Positions 26,229 to 40,000 of a stretch of DNA of 64,000 nt are shown piece after piece. The notes under the pieces were generated by a model. The model was not told the DNA's origin. It was given only the letters and a program-made list of their open reading frames with translations, and ran no database searches. Source of the DNA: Gordius albopunctatus. Lineage: Eukaryota. A program made the position numbers and the translations under genes. The DNA lies in NCBI GenBank assembly GCA_964276515.1, contig OZ193909.1, positions 19,716,001 to 19,780,000 of the forward strand, read 5' to 3'. The first letter of the stretch is position 1, and each line of letters begins with the position of its first letter.

Positions 26229-26989
26229 ACTTATTTTATAAAGCAATAGCTAAATCTAAAAAATGCGATAATGTATATACATAAATATATTGAAAAAATA
26301 GCTCCATTATATAAAAAGCTAGCTACTCTATTGACTTCTGATTATTTTTTTTATTTTTTGTCGACGCCCATATACACACTCATCTGCTAACAAAAAATAC
26401 ATCTGGTAGAAAAATAATTTTTATATATTTAAATAACTAAGCTTACTTATTATTTCTTTTTTATCTTGATTTGTTGTCTGGACCAAAAATTTGGTAAAAC
26501 CTTGATTATATGATTGCATATTCTATAAAATATGTTAATTGGTGCCAAGTGCAGCATTAAATTCAGGATTATGCGTTTTCAGGATTGTGCCTATAAACCT
26601 TATCATGCACAAGTAACAGTGGTCTGATTTGTTAGAATTTTTCTGCACGAACCCGGCCCGGCCCGATTTTTTAAATTAATCTGCCCACCCGAACCCTTTT
26701 ATGTGTCAGCCCGTCAATGCCCGAATTATCCCAGCTGCCCGGCCCGAAATGGTGTGTTTTAAAATTTTTAGCACTAATATCGTTATATTTTTTTAAAATT
26801 TTATCTTAATTTTTGATTTTTTTTAAATGAGAACTAGGATTAACAAGCATTATGAAATCAATTAAAAAAGTGGCAAAATATACGCAAAAACAATATAATA
26901 CATTATTTTAAAAAGTAAACTGAGCCTGAATTACCCGAATCTTATTATGGTGCCCGCCCGAAAGTTAAAATTTACGACAGTTGCCCGGC

Positions 26990-29900
26990 CATAGACTAAT
27001 AATACCATAGACTGCCAAACAGCTGATAATTCAGAAGTAACTATTAAAGCCGCCATGCTTGTGGAAATTTTTAACTGCGTATAGAACTTAGCGTAATGTA
27101 TTTTGTTCTATTTTACTACATTTTATTTTAAATTTATAAATTAAGTTACTAAATCATAAAAAAACATTTAGTAAAGAAAAAATATAATTAAGGAAAGAGA
27201 AAACACCATTGTTTTTGAATTTGAAAAATATTTTAAGAAAAAACGAATATTTTACGATTTAGAATGATAAAGAGAAATATAAATATAGCGCCATCTATAA
27301 TATATTTTATTTGAAGTATTAATCAAAAAAGATACAATTTTACATAAAACGATACCGGGCATCATGCAAGATTTAACAAGTAAATATATATTAATAAATT
27401 AACTATTGTGAATAAAAAAAATTACTGTCCCGTAAAAATAATAGTTTTATTTAATTTTTGCCTAATGTTACTTTTAAATTCTTGGTTAGAAATATTGCAA
27501 AAATTATGAAATAAAATTTTGCTATATGTATTAACTATTAATTTAACTAATAATTGTAAATGATTTAGAGAGCCTACTTCCTGATCAACAATATGATTAT
27601 TTAAAGATGAAAAAATGTTAGATCCAATTAGTGAATGAAAAACCTTAATTTCTATTATAAATAAAATGCTTTTAGAAAAAGTTTATTTTTATTTTTTAAA
27701 ACCTGAAATATTAATTGGGTATATTTGCAAATCTTAATAACATCAGTGGACGGGACAATTAGTCCACCTTTGTTTTTTAAATTAATTAATAGATAATCTA
27801 AAGATAAATGGGGTTGACAATTAATTAATGATTTAATACAAATTTTACAAGTTACTTTTTTGCGCAAAATCATTTGCCTCACAATGTATCCACCGATATA
27901 AGAAGAAATACATGAAATATAAGGTGAAATTAAATTGATATTTATTTCGGCGTAATTTATATCTTCTAGTTCATTCAAATCCTCATTAGGCTCGATAAAA
28001 CTTGCATCAGCAATAGATGTTGCATCCTGCGGAGAAGAGTTTCCCGAGAAGGGGTAATATATTTTAGTTAAAAAAATTTTGTTTAATGCTTGACGCAATT
28101 GTGTAGCCGAAGGATTGTTATTGTTATAACCTCGGGCCCTGATTAACCCAAAAAAACTTTCTAGGTGGTCTTGGGAAAGTTTATAAGTCAATAGATACCT
28201 AAGTTTTTATAAATGGTTAGAATAAATATAATTACTTTAGAGGAGGTTCGGTCTTGACCAAAAGATCAGATGCAAGCAATTGAATTGCTTGCATATCTAT
28301 TAACATCCCTAAAATTCCTATTTTTTTATTTGATTGTATAACAGGTCTTCCGTCTGGAAGGCACAAACTTCGCAAATATTTTGCACAATTAAAATAAAAC
28401 TCATTTAAGTTAGCTAAGGATTCCTTGTATAAAGGCTTTTTATTGCCCTTATGCAGAGCATTCCGTGAATTAAGGGTATCAAATAGTCTTAAAGATAAAT
28501 TAGTAACAAATTAATAATCATACTGATTCATTATAAGGACAAACTCAATAGTTGCCTGGCAATCCTGGAATGAGACAGGATCTATATCCCTGGCAAATTC
28601 CATAGCATTCGCGACAGATTCTGAAAAGAGCTGTGCTGCAAGTTTTACCTTCAATAAGTTTATTTAAATGATATAAAAACCAACCTTCATCCTTTGATTA
28701 TGAAAATAGACATGCTGTTTGGTAAGCTTGTTAGCTGCTCTCATCCCTTGTTGCTGTTGTAATTGATACAACCTTACAACAAATTTCCATTCAATTCTCT
28801 ATCAAACATATATATAATTTAAATAAATATGAATAAACCTTTCCCTCATAATTTACAAGATAGTCGACTTGCTCAAATAAATTTCTGACTAGTTTGAGCA
28901 TATGGCATGCATCAAACATAAAATATATTTTTTCAGTGGTACAGGTGGGGTTTATGAAATAAGGACGCAGAGATTCAACATCAAAGGATACCTGTTGATA
29001 AATTTAGTTTTACAAAAAATCAGATATTGTATTTTAAAAAATGTTAAGCAATGAATAAAAAATTAAATGTAGTAGTGAAATTTAATTTGATATTTCAATC
29101 AACTTAAATTTAACAAACAGGAAATAAAAATATTAATCAATACATGTACTAAGAGCTTGTGTAAATAAATTGCATACCCCCAAATTTTCTGCCATCCTTT
29201 TGTTGGCTGATAGTCCGTCACAGGTCAGATTTTTGCAAATGACCCCACAATCTTTTAACAGCTCTAGTGTATCTTTTATCAGGGTTACTTGTAACTGGGC
29301 AGTGACACTACCCACAAGGAAATACCCAAGGGGTATCTTCCAGTGGCCATTAATGGCAACTGCCATTATAAATAAAGCACTTTTGGCTTCTGGGAGCAAA
29401 TTTGATGGTATCCCCTGGCCTACGTCCACACACCTAAAACATATTTAAAAAAAAATTTAACTCCTTGATACCCTTCAAAGCCTTTTTTATAATCTAGATG
29501 GCGTCTGATGGCCATTTCATCTAATGTCAGGGAAATATATAGTTGATATGTTACATTGGCTTGTAAATCTTTTAATATATTAAAAGCTTCTTTTAAAAAC
29601 CCTGAAAATAAAATATATAGATTTTGAAAAAAATTGTTAACATATATTATAAGCATTCTACACATAAAAGATATTTAAAATGTATATGTACCTGGCTTTA
29701 TGTTGTCATTTACACACCATTTTCTAATAGAGCTCTCCGTTGGCATACAAATGACACTCCGAATATACTTGTAGGCTTGAGGTGAGTAGTAATGAAGGGT
29801 TATTGCGAATCTTTTCATTTCTTCAGAATAAGCTTTGTTTAAGCAGGGATTATAAACACCACCAGATTTCAAGTGTGTATTTAGTATTGAAGTCAGAGGA

Positions 29901-30944
29901 GTATCACCAAAATAATTGGTAATAATATCACCCCCTTCTCCTGGAATTAATGCTTTGCTCTCAAGATGAGCAGCCAAATCTTTAAGAGTCTTGAGTTTCT
30001 TTAATTGACGATAATTCTTATTTTTTAGAGTTTTCACAGTTCTTTTTAAATACTTTATAAGCATGTCCCTTCTCCTTTCTTTCTTAAAACTCATTGCATA
30101 TGAATGATCTTGCATTACTAAAATAAATTTTAATGAAAATTTACAAATTAAAATTACTTGTATTTAATGTTTTGCTCATTATCTTGGGGAAGATATTTAA
30201 GATCTAAATTTATGATTTTATTATATGTTTATATATTATAACGATAATATACAGTTTATCAAATAACAGGAAAAAAATATGATAATGTATCTAATTATTT
30301 ACTTGCTTTGGGGGAACATTTGTTACATCTGTTAATCCTGATGACTGATCTAGTTGAATTTAATTCTGATTTAATATTTACCTTGTGTAAATTTTGGGAT
30401 GGCTCGGTATTTCCTTGATCTAGAGACTGATTCAATAAAGTCTGGCATAGCTCAGTATTTCCACGATCAAGAGACTGTTCTAGTTAAATTGTATTAAGAT
30501 TTAATAATTACTTCTAACAAATACAGAGATGGCACCGATGGCACACTATTTTCTTTGAGATAATTTTTACTTCTATTTTTAATAAAATCCTGGGGTTGAA
30601 AGTGCTTACTGAATATACTTGAATGTTGTTTCAATTTAAATTTAGGGCCCATCAATTTAATCCATTTGGACAAAATCTCTGGATCTTTTGGAAATCTAAA
30701 AATATACATAAATTTATTTATAATTACTTATGAAATGACAGACTTTTGCTATTTTCTTTGTTAAGGTAAGATATGCAGTTCTTTAGTGAGCAAGACCTCA
30801 TATTCCTAAAAAATTTGTTTTAAATTTATCAATTTTAATTTTACCTTAATTTCAAGAATTTCCACTTGGGCGACTTCCTAGGTTACTTTTTTATATTAAT
30901 GTAAAAAACAGCTGTTCGGCAGTCTATGGTATTATTAGTCTATG
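26990..30944 (-). mobile_element. Full-length P-superfamily DNA transposon (~3955 bp)
   Basis: TIRs CATAGACTAATAATACCATAGACTGCC at both ends, perfect 8-bp TSD TGCCCGGC, encodes a THAP-domain P transposase. Confidence 0.93.
27422..30801 (-). pseudogene. THAP9/P-element transposase, multi-exon, probably disabled
   Basis: THAP domain (MRSC-x4-C...FHKFPKD...W...SKHF), DHSY motif, FAITLHYYSPQAY, LDEMAIR, WKIPLGYF, TCDG, MKVKLAAQ, FDTLNSRN, TYKLSQDHLESFFG, C-terminal RQKLNKTIIFTGQ*. Frameshift near 27655, and the third THAP Cys reads Phe. Confidence 0.88.
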
Positions 30945-31036
30945 TGCCCGGCCAAATCTGGTCTCTGATAAGTAGTACCAATGTCATCAAAAGACGCATA
31001 TAAAATATTAAAAAAATTTTGAATTTTTTCAAATTT

Positions 31037-34000
31037 ATGAATGACGATTTTGAATATTACCTTGATTCTTTAGATCATATTGAACATGATGTTGGTTATC
31101 ATTACTATGGTATTTTAAAAAAATATTGCTTAATTTTTTTAGAAGATGAATCCACGCTAAAAATTATACATACCATCTATAGCTGCATATCAAATTCTGT
31201 ATTACAAATATACTGGAATTTAAGTCTACAAATAGCTTTTTGTTTGATTTTAGCAGCTTTTTCTTGCAAAAGTGATACAAATTATTTTAATATATATCTG
31301 AGTTTAGTTAGACAAGAATATGTTTATCAACTTTCAGCTATTTTTGGCCTCTATCTCTTGTATATATATTTTGCCTCTGAACTTTTATACATCCTTGCAT
31401 ACACACTTATTGTATCAGTCTTAATAACCAATATATTTTCATGCAATTGGAAACCTTTATGTTATATTTCATTAATATATATCTTATGGGGGTAAACTTA
31501 TTAATTTTTTTCACTAATTATATGAATATTAATTATTTTTATTTATAATTTAAATATAGGCAGTTTGCACTATTTACTACAGAATCATGGGATAAATTTA
31601 GAGGTATTTAATAAACCGTTAAATAATCAATTATTTATTTAGGAGCTTTTATGATTATTATTATGAAATCTATCTTTTTGACATTGAATGTTAAAAACCA
31701 AAAGATTATGAATCATGATTCACACCCAGTTAAATTACAAGAAAACAAAAAAGTTCAAGATTCTGATACCACCTGCAAAATATTGAGCTATCTATTAGAT
31801 CCCTCAACTCTGATATTTGGTCCATGGCAGTCTTACATGGATTATAAACAGTGTTTTATAAAAGATAAAAGAAACTTATATAAGAAAGAGGTGAGTTGTT
31901 TTAATCATTGATCAAAATTGAAAAGCTTGTGCATTATATTAATTTTGCCAGGACTCTGTATAGTTCCACATTGATGAGTTAAATTATAAATAGTCTTTAT
32001 TTTAAATATAAATAGTTAAAAGATTAATTCCCAAGGTGGGATATATTACCCCCCCCCCTAGATTATAAGGGCAATTTCTTGTGAATTTTTGGCATAGATA
32101 TGATAATACAATGTGGTGCATGGGCTAGTCCTAAAAATGAGGTGTACAGCCATTAATTAACAATGCAAGGATTAAATTAGCACACAAGTGAGAAATGAAA
32201 TTTTAGTTGATAGTAAATATATGATGATTAGATATAGTAGTTTTTGAAAGATTGAATATTTTTCTCAATCGGTGGCATTGAGCATTGGGTTTTGTACTAA
32301 GATTAATGGTCGACTTAGGTGTGTTTCAAATTTCAACTAAGCCCTGAGGTTAACTAAGAAAAACAGACTACAAAAACTTTTGGGGTCTGTTTATGTTCAG
32401 TCGACTAGAACCAAAGGTTGACAAAATAAAACTCAGCCGTTTTTGCGACACTAGTTGTTAGTGATGATCAAAACCTAGGTTTTGATCAGGCAACCTGAGG
32501 GTTCAGGTTCGGGTGTTCAAAAACCTTGCTTGGACCTCGGGAAAACCTGACCTAGGTTTTGATCATCACTACTAGTTGTTACCTTAACAAAGTTAGAGCA
32601 ACCTAAGAAACTGGGAATATTTATCATTCCTTATTTAAAATATAAATCAACATTCCCGTTTTATAATGCTGTATATTTTTTGTTTTGAACTATCAATGAT
32701 AGATTTCTTATAAAACAGGGTGCATATTTTTTTATACATTATTGTTATATTTCTCTGTTTAATATAAATAAACTTAAAACTTCTATACTAAATATTGTTT
32801 TTAAAATAAGGGACAAGAATCACCATCAAATTTTTTATATGTCTTTTTGGTCACATAAAAATAGTTTTCATTTTTCAGGAACATATATATGAATTGAAAT
32901 GTTATTTTTTGCATTTTTTATCAAGGATCATCACAAATGTGATATCCGGCAGTTTCGTTTGAAAGGAGTTTTTAGCTTATTCCTCGAACCACTCCTGTTG
33001 GCTCTCCTCTTTTTCTCGTGCTCCAGTTGTTTGGAAATGATAGTTTTGCACACTTTAGACCTCCCTTTCCTCCATCAAAAGTAAAAATTAATCAAAGTCT
33101 TTCAATAAATAATTTAGTTAGCTTTGACCACAGACAAATGTTTTAAACCTGTCATTCAAGAAGAAATTTTTTTAAACAGGGGTTTGGATTGCTAAAAAAG
33201 CATTTTTGCATAAAATTTTTCACATCCTTGATAATTCTTAACTGAATTGTTTGTTGGATTTGACTTCTCGATCGTCATGGGGCTATAATCTAAATTCGGA
33301 ATTTTAGGAGTAAGAATTTTAATTTTATAGTCGGCTTTAAATTTCAAAAAAATACTTGTAATAAGATCTGGTTATTAAAAAAATTAAATACCCACGTCAG
33401 GACAGTGCTATAGCTAGTTCGATCGCCTTATGTTGTTTGAAGGAGGGTATTTAACCCATTAAGACCGGACCATAGAAATCCTCGACAGATTTTCATAAAA
33501 TTTGGAATTCCTAGGTGATTTTGCACCAATAAAACAAATTGAAAAAAAAACTTGTTTACTACCATTTTTAAGGTGTCGTATATATCATACGGTAGGACAT
33601 GCTGTCTTTATGACTGTATAAAACGAACTTTTAACCCTATAACTACTCTACTTTCTGTAAAAGCATAGCTGGAGATAAATTGTTTTAAAGTTTATTTCAA
33701 CATTTATAAAAAATAATCACAGAAAATATGAAATAATATTGTAAAAGTTATAAAGTATGATATTGAATAAAACAATTTATGTGAAGTCCCAAGTTGCATT
33801 TTGTGCATATAAATTTCACAGACTTGTGACAAACCCCACACCTCCTTTGTGTTGGGTTCTTAGCAGGCCAATGTTCAAGCTTATCGAACCGAACCTCGGT
33901 ATTAACATTGCTGATCCGCTTTGGATATACCGTCCTCAGTCGGGGAATCATTGGAGTTGATAGTAATGGGATTGTAATCTTTCGCACAAAATTTAACAAA

Positions 34001-37000
34001 GAAATCCCTTTATGAACTTCACGAAATAAAATCCAAGAATTTACTACGGCAGCATTTAGGCAAAACCGCATTATGGGCCAATACCATTTTTTAGATCGTA
34101 TGCCCACCCGATAAGAGCCCCGAAATTGGTCGAAGAGGTCAACACCCCCCATTCCCTTATTGTACTCGCTAATAATGGTGGGTTGAGGTACTGTAATTCG
34201 ACTCTTGGCCGACCTGCTATATCTATTGCATTTTGTTATTGTGCTAGCCAGGACATCTGTCCGGTTAGTTGCCAGTGTGACCTGGCTGTTATCGTTCCAT
34301 CTGAACAATTGAATTTTAAAATTTTTTCCTGTAGGACTCGCCAAGATCCTCTTGGCTCCTTTTTTAAATCTTCAAGGGGTGCATTTTTGATTCTATCACT
34401 CCGTATCGTACCTGTAATCTAATTTATTGCTTAGCCAAATCTTGCAATAAAGGTAAAGAATTGAAGAAGTTATCAATGTATACATGACTTTGTGGAGGGA
34501 CATACCCTGTGACCAGCTTTTTGACAATCGCATTAATTAAATATTGTTTATAACCTACCGTCGTATTTATCATACGCAAAATAGACCATTTTTAGTCTAA
34601 AAATTTTAATACTTAATGGCCCTTAGATATTATCAAACATAGTTTTTATTGAAGCTTAAAATGTGATCTACCTTCCTGGTGGATCATTTTTATTGTGTTT
34701 TACGAGTTAAAGAAGGCATTGAATAAGGAAACACAATAAAAATGATCCTTGATTCTGATAAAGATGAAATTTCAGAGGATGAAAATGAAGTTTTGATTAA
34801 TGATCCTCATAAGTTAGGACCTGGGGTCCTATCAAGAAAAGCTGAAGTTTTAATAAGAGATATAGATAATGAAGTAATTCAATTAACTACAGAATTGTTA
34901 TTAGAAATTCCTATCCCAAATTATAAAAATGACAATTCTTCAAAAAAACAAAAACTCTTATCTTGGAGTCCAATAAATCTTTTGCCAGAAACTAATGAAC
35001 ATACAAAATTTAAAATTCAAAATATTAAAGAAAATGTTCCAAACATATTGACTTTTATACAAAAAGATACCCTGGCACCTTTACAAGTGTTCCAACTATT
35101 TTGGGATCCAAATTTAATAGAGATTATATGTAGAGAAAGTGAAAAATATGCTAAATATAAGTATAGTGATGAAACTTTTAATGTTTCATGTGATGAGATT
35201 TACAAACTGCTAGGTGTGTTGTTATTATCAGGGTATTGTAAGTTGCCACAAAAGCGACTATATTGGCAGACTCAGGCAGATGTTAATAATAGTGCCATTG
35301 TTAATTGTATGGCAAGAGATAGGTTCAATACTATTTTTAAGTATTTACACTTTTCTGATAACAATATTAACAGGGAACTTGGAAGCATAAAAAAAGTTAA
35401 TGTTTTAATGAACCATATCAACAACAATTTTGAAAAATATATTGCGCCTAATCCGATGATATATTCTTTAGATGAGGCCATGGAGCCCTACTATGGTAGA
35501 TTTCATTTGAAACAATTTATCCGTGGTAAGCCCATAAGATTTGGGTTTAAATTTTGGTGCTTGAACAAACCCAATGGATATTGCTGTCGCTTTAAGTTAT
35601 ATGAAGGGCGCGAAGAACGAGAAGTCGGAGTACCCCTCGGTTCTGCGATTGTCAAAAAGCTGGTCACAGGGTATGTCCCTCCACAAAGTCATGTATACAT
35701 TGATAACTTCTTCAATTCTTTACCTTTATTGCAAGATTTGGCTAAGCAATAAATTAGATTACAGGTACGATACGGAGTGATAGAATCAAAAATGCACCCC
35801 TTGAAGATTTAAAAAAGGAGCCAAGAGGATCTTGGCGAGTCCTACAGGAAAAAATTCTAAAATTCAATTGTTCAGATGGAACGATAACAGCCAGGTCACA
35901 CTGGCAACTAACCGGACAGATGTCCTGGCTAGCACAATAACAAAATGCAATAGATATAGCAGGTCGGCCAAGAGTCGAATTACAGTACCTCAACCCACCA
36001 TTATTAGCGAGTACAATAAGGGAATGGGGGGTGTTGACCTCTTCGACCAATTTCGGGGCTCTTATCGGGTGGGCATACGATCTAAAAAATGGTATTGGCC
36101 CATAATGCGGTTTTGCCTAAATGCTGCCGTAGTAAATTCTTGGATTTTATTTCGTGAAGTTCATAAAGGGATTTCTTTGTTAAATTTTGTGCGAAAGATT
36201 ACAATCCCATTACTATCAACTCCAATGATTCCCCGACTGAGGACGGTATATCCAAAGCGGATCAGCAATGTTAATACCGAGGTTCGGTTCGATAAGCTTG
36301 AACATTGGCCTGCTAAGAACCCAACACAAAGGAGGTGTGGGGTTTGTCACAAGTCTGTGAAATTTATATGCACAAAATGCAACTTGGGACTTCACATAAA
36401 TTGTTTTATTCAATATCATACTTTATAACTTTTACAATATTATTTCATATTTTCTGTGATTATTTTTTATAAATGTTGAAATAAACTTTAAAACAATTTA
36501 TCTCCAGCTATGCTTTTACAGAAAGTAGAGTAGTTATAGGGTTAAAAGTTCGTTTTATACAGCCATAAAGACAGCATGTCCTACCGTATGATATATACGA
36601 CACCTTAAAAATGGTAGTAAACAAGTTTTTTTTTTCAATTTGTTTTATTAGTGCAAAATCACCTAGGAATTCCAAATTTTACGAAAATCTGTCGAGGATT
36701 TCTATGGTCCGGTCTTAAGGGGTTAATTTAAATTTTTAAGCAAATACTTTGGTGAAAATTGTACCTTACAGCGTATAATTATTTCAAAGGTAGCTTTAAT
36801 ATATCTTGTTCAAGCAGCTTTCCCTTAGATTATCTATGACATTTGAATTAATTATTTATGGAGGGGCAAAAGGATTATTTAATAAATTTTTGGATTTAGA
36901 GGGGGGCAACCACCCCTCCTTGCCCCTACCCCATGCTAATTTGGTTATACCGTTCGTGTGTGTAATTAGGTGGGTGAGCGCTTACCTTCAGGCATTTTCC

Positions 37001-40000
37001 TTTCGGGCCGGGCATTATTTTATATGCTACTTCTCTCAAGCTCTCGTCAACATCAAATTCATAATACCGCCGCGCGCTGCCTCCGAGTAAGATCGCTTAA
37101 AATTTTACTTTAATTATTTTTTTATTTATAAAGAGTTGCGGACGATTTGAAATCATACAAAGACCTCGCTTATCTATATGAGAAGTCTAAGTGTTTGATT
37201 TCGGGGAAATTCTTTTCTTTTTTTCATTTCGCTAAATTCAAATTTTAGGAAGATACGTTAAATTTTAAAATTAATTATTGCGTTTTAAGCACGAGGAGCT
37301 TTGACTATGTTAATTAATCGAGATTTTAGGGAATTAAGCTCATTTTCGTAAATGATTTCAATTTCTACCAAAATTATAATACATCAAACTATGTACATAC
37401 ACTGCTCAAGTCATATGTTTCGTATTAGTAAAATCTGTACCATTAAATCCACCATTTTGAATTAAACTATCTCCCATGTCTTTCTGCAGGGTTCCCCATT
37501 GTTCAAACAGAAAATATAAATCATTAGATAATAAATTGAAAATAATTTTGATAAAGGATTATTTTATAAATTGTAGATGGCACTAAATAGCTTTTACATC
37601 ACAGTGTTTTTTATTTTTATGAATTGTGTAAATGATGTATATTTCAAAATGTTCTTTTGAAATTCTAACTCAATATTTTTTTTCAATAAGTTTTAGAAAC
37701 ACTTAATTAACCCCAAATTACTATAATCGATGTAACCTTTCCTTATTTGTGCACATCTCGAAATGGCAGAAATTAGGACACTTATTTAACGTTGATGAGC
37801 AGTCTATTTAGTCTATGCTTATGTCAGTCTAAGCGAGTCTGAACAAAAGCTAACGGTAAAAGATTAAGGCCATAGAAAAATATCCAATTTTTAAGGTCCA
37901 TTCCCTCTTTATGTTTCAATAACAATTTTTAATATTTTAGAGTGGCTCAGCCTTGTACGGTTACACAATTTACCAAAATTGAATGCCCTCGTTCACTCGT
38001 AGACGTTTGCTACTACTGGAACATGCCCATGAGTGCTTGGCTAAAATCTTGTAACAGCCTCCATATATAATTTTTATGACGACTTATGTTTTAAACTGAA
38101 TTCGCACAAAATTTCAGCATTTTGTTGTCACCAAGCGTAATATGTCTCGTAGCCTTTTTTAAACTTGATTTCCTTTTTAAATTCAATACCTTGCCTATAT
38201 ATTTTTGACGATGGTTACAACAAATGTGGGATTTCATCTCTGCTTCTACAAATATTGACTTTGTAATTCTATCCTGCAATCGGACCCATAATTCTCAGAG
38301 AATTTTGCGCTGAACTATAATCTGTTTTAGTTATTTTTCAAAACTTCCAGTTTTTTAGATAAACGAGGTTGAAGGTGCAAAAAATTCCCATTTAAATCTT
38401 TTTATGAGGCTATATTGCCACGGCATTTAAAATATTTACTGAAAATTATTAATTTATTCCTGTAGATTAAAGTGTCATGTATATGTCCATTATTTTGCTT
38501 TTTTATTTCACCCCTATATTTAAATTTATTCGCGTTTACGTGTACTCCTTCCCCTTAGAAGAATTCGTCCCATCCCAGTATTTATGAAAAATGGAGTGAC
38601 TAGAGTACGTACTACACACGCGATGTTCGCAAACACATCAATCTCTCCCCCTTCTCTTCCATTCCGCGTGGAGGAGAAAAGAGGAGAGTGGGTAAAGGGA
38701 GAGAGACATATTATGTTAGTATTGTATTCGTACGATGGATTATTTTTCTATTTTTATTATAAAAGATATACGAGCGGTGATATAGGTGGATTACGAGGTG
38801 GGGGGATACGACCGGAATAAGGATATACTTAAATTTACTAACCCTTACATGTCTGTTTCGTTCAGTTTATTAATTATCAAACCAAGAAGGAAAATTATAA
38901 TGATTGAATCGAATCGCGTTATCGAATTCAATGACGCGTGCAATAATAATATCGGGGGGGGGAGAAATAACAAATACGTATAAGCGCGTCGGGGGGGGGG
39001 ATAACATACGCGTACTAGAAATCAAATGTAAAGGAAAAGTACCGCCTTTGAAGTGGTAGGGTTCAGCAGTACTATGTATATAATCAGTACACAGATGTTA
39101 CAATCCACGAACTAACTTTGTGTCGGGGGGCATGGGGGGAAGAAAAAGTAACACACGTACTGAAATTAATTAGGAAGGCAGAGACGTGTGGCGGCGGCGT
39201 TTCTTTGTATAAAATAACATGGGAAGAGGGGGGGGGGAGGGAAATATACTCGTATCAAGGGATACGATAGTTAGTAAACATTGAGTATGCAGTATGTACT
39301 CCGTTATCCTCCCATACTGGGACGAATTTTAATAAGGGGAAGGGGTTCACCTAAATGCGATAAATTTAAATATAAAGGTGTATAAAAACTAAAATAATGG
39401 ACGTATACATGACACTTTAATCTACAGGAATAGATATTTTTCAGTGTAAATTAAAAATGTGTGGCAATATAGCCTCAAAAAGTTTAGGGCGAAATTCTCT
39501 CTCAGAATTATAAGTCCTATGCAGGATGGTTTTTTGTAGGTCTGTGTTTGGTATATTAATTATAAGTCTAAATAAAAGCGTTCTTTTGCATCATATTTAG
39601 GCGTGTTTGAAAAATCTCGTCTCTATGTTGGCACCTTCGCGGGAATTTTACTAACCTATTTGGTCAGTTCCCTGCTTCATGTAAGTCCTTTGATCGATAG
39701 AAAATGTTTGAATTATGCAAAAGAAGCCCACAAATTTGATTCATAAAATAGTATTTCGAATGATTAAATTTGCCTGATTTGTAGGGTTTTAATTTTCGCA
39801 TATCCGCAATCTTGCTATCCTTGGGTCTGTACACTTACGCTGAATACGAGACGCGAAAAGTCTTGAGTCAATGCCTCAACGCCTGCGTAGGGGCTAAAGC
39901 CTGCAAAAGTCGCTGCCAACACAAATACAAGGTAATCGCAAACTGTGTGCAGATTTTGGTCAATATTTTCGCGGTCTTCAATTTTTTGAAATATTTGCTG

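Larger units (their letters stand above)
26617..30967. mobile_element. hAT-derived MITE (family of 4598-5978) split by the P element
   Basis: Ends CAGTGGTCTGATTTG...CAAATCTGGTCTCTG, GCCCG repeats, degenerate TSD ACAAGTAA/ATAAGTAG. Confidence 0.6.
33455..36722. mobile_element. piggyBac element with two 3' ends (1.08-kb inverted arms) in PORCN intron 4
   Basis: TTAA|CCC...GGG|TTAA termini. 33455-34532 is the reverse complement of 35644-36722. Confidence 0.93.

Noticed and set aside
33757..36419. Duplicated 67-aa and 98-aa ORFs
   Set aside because: Antisense shadows of the piggyBac transposase arms.
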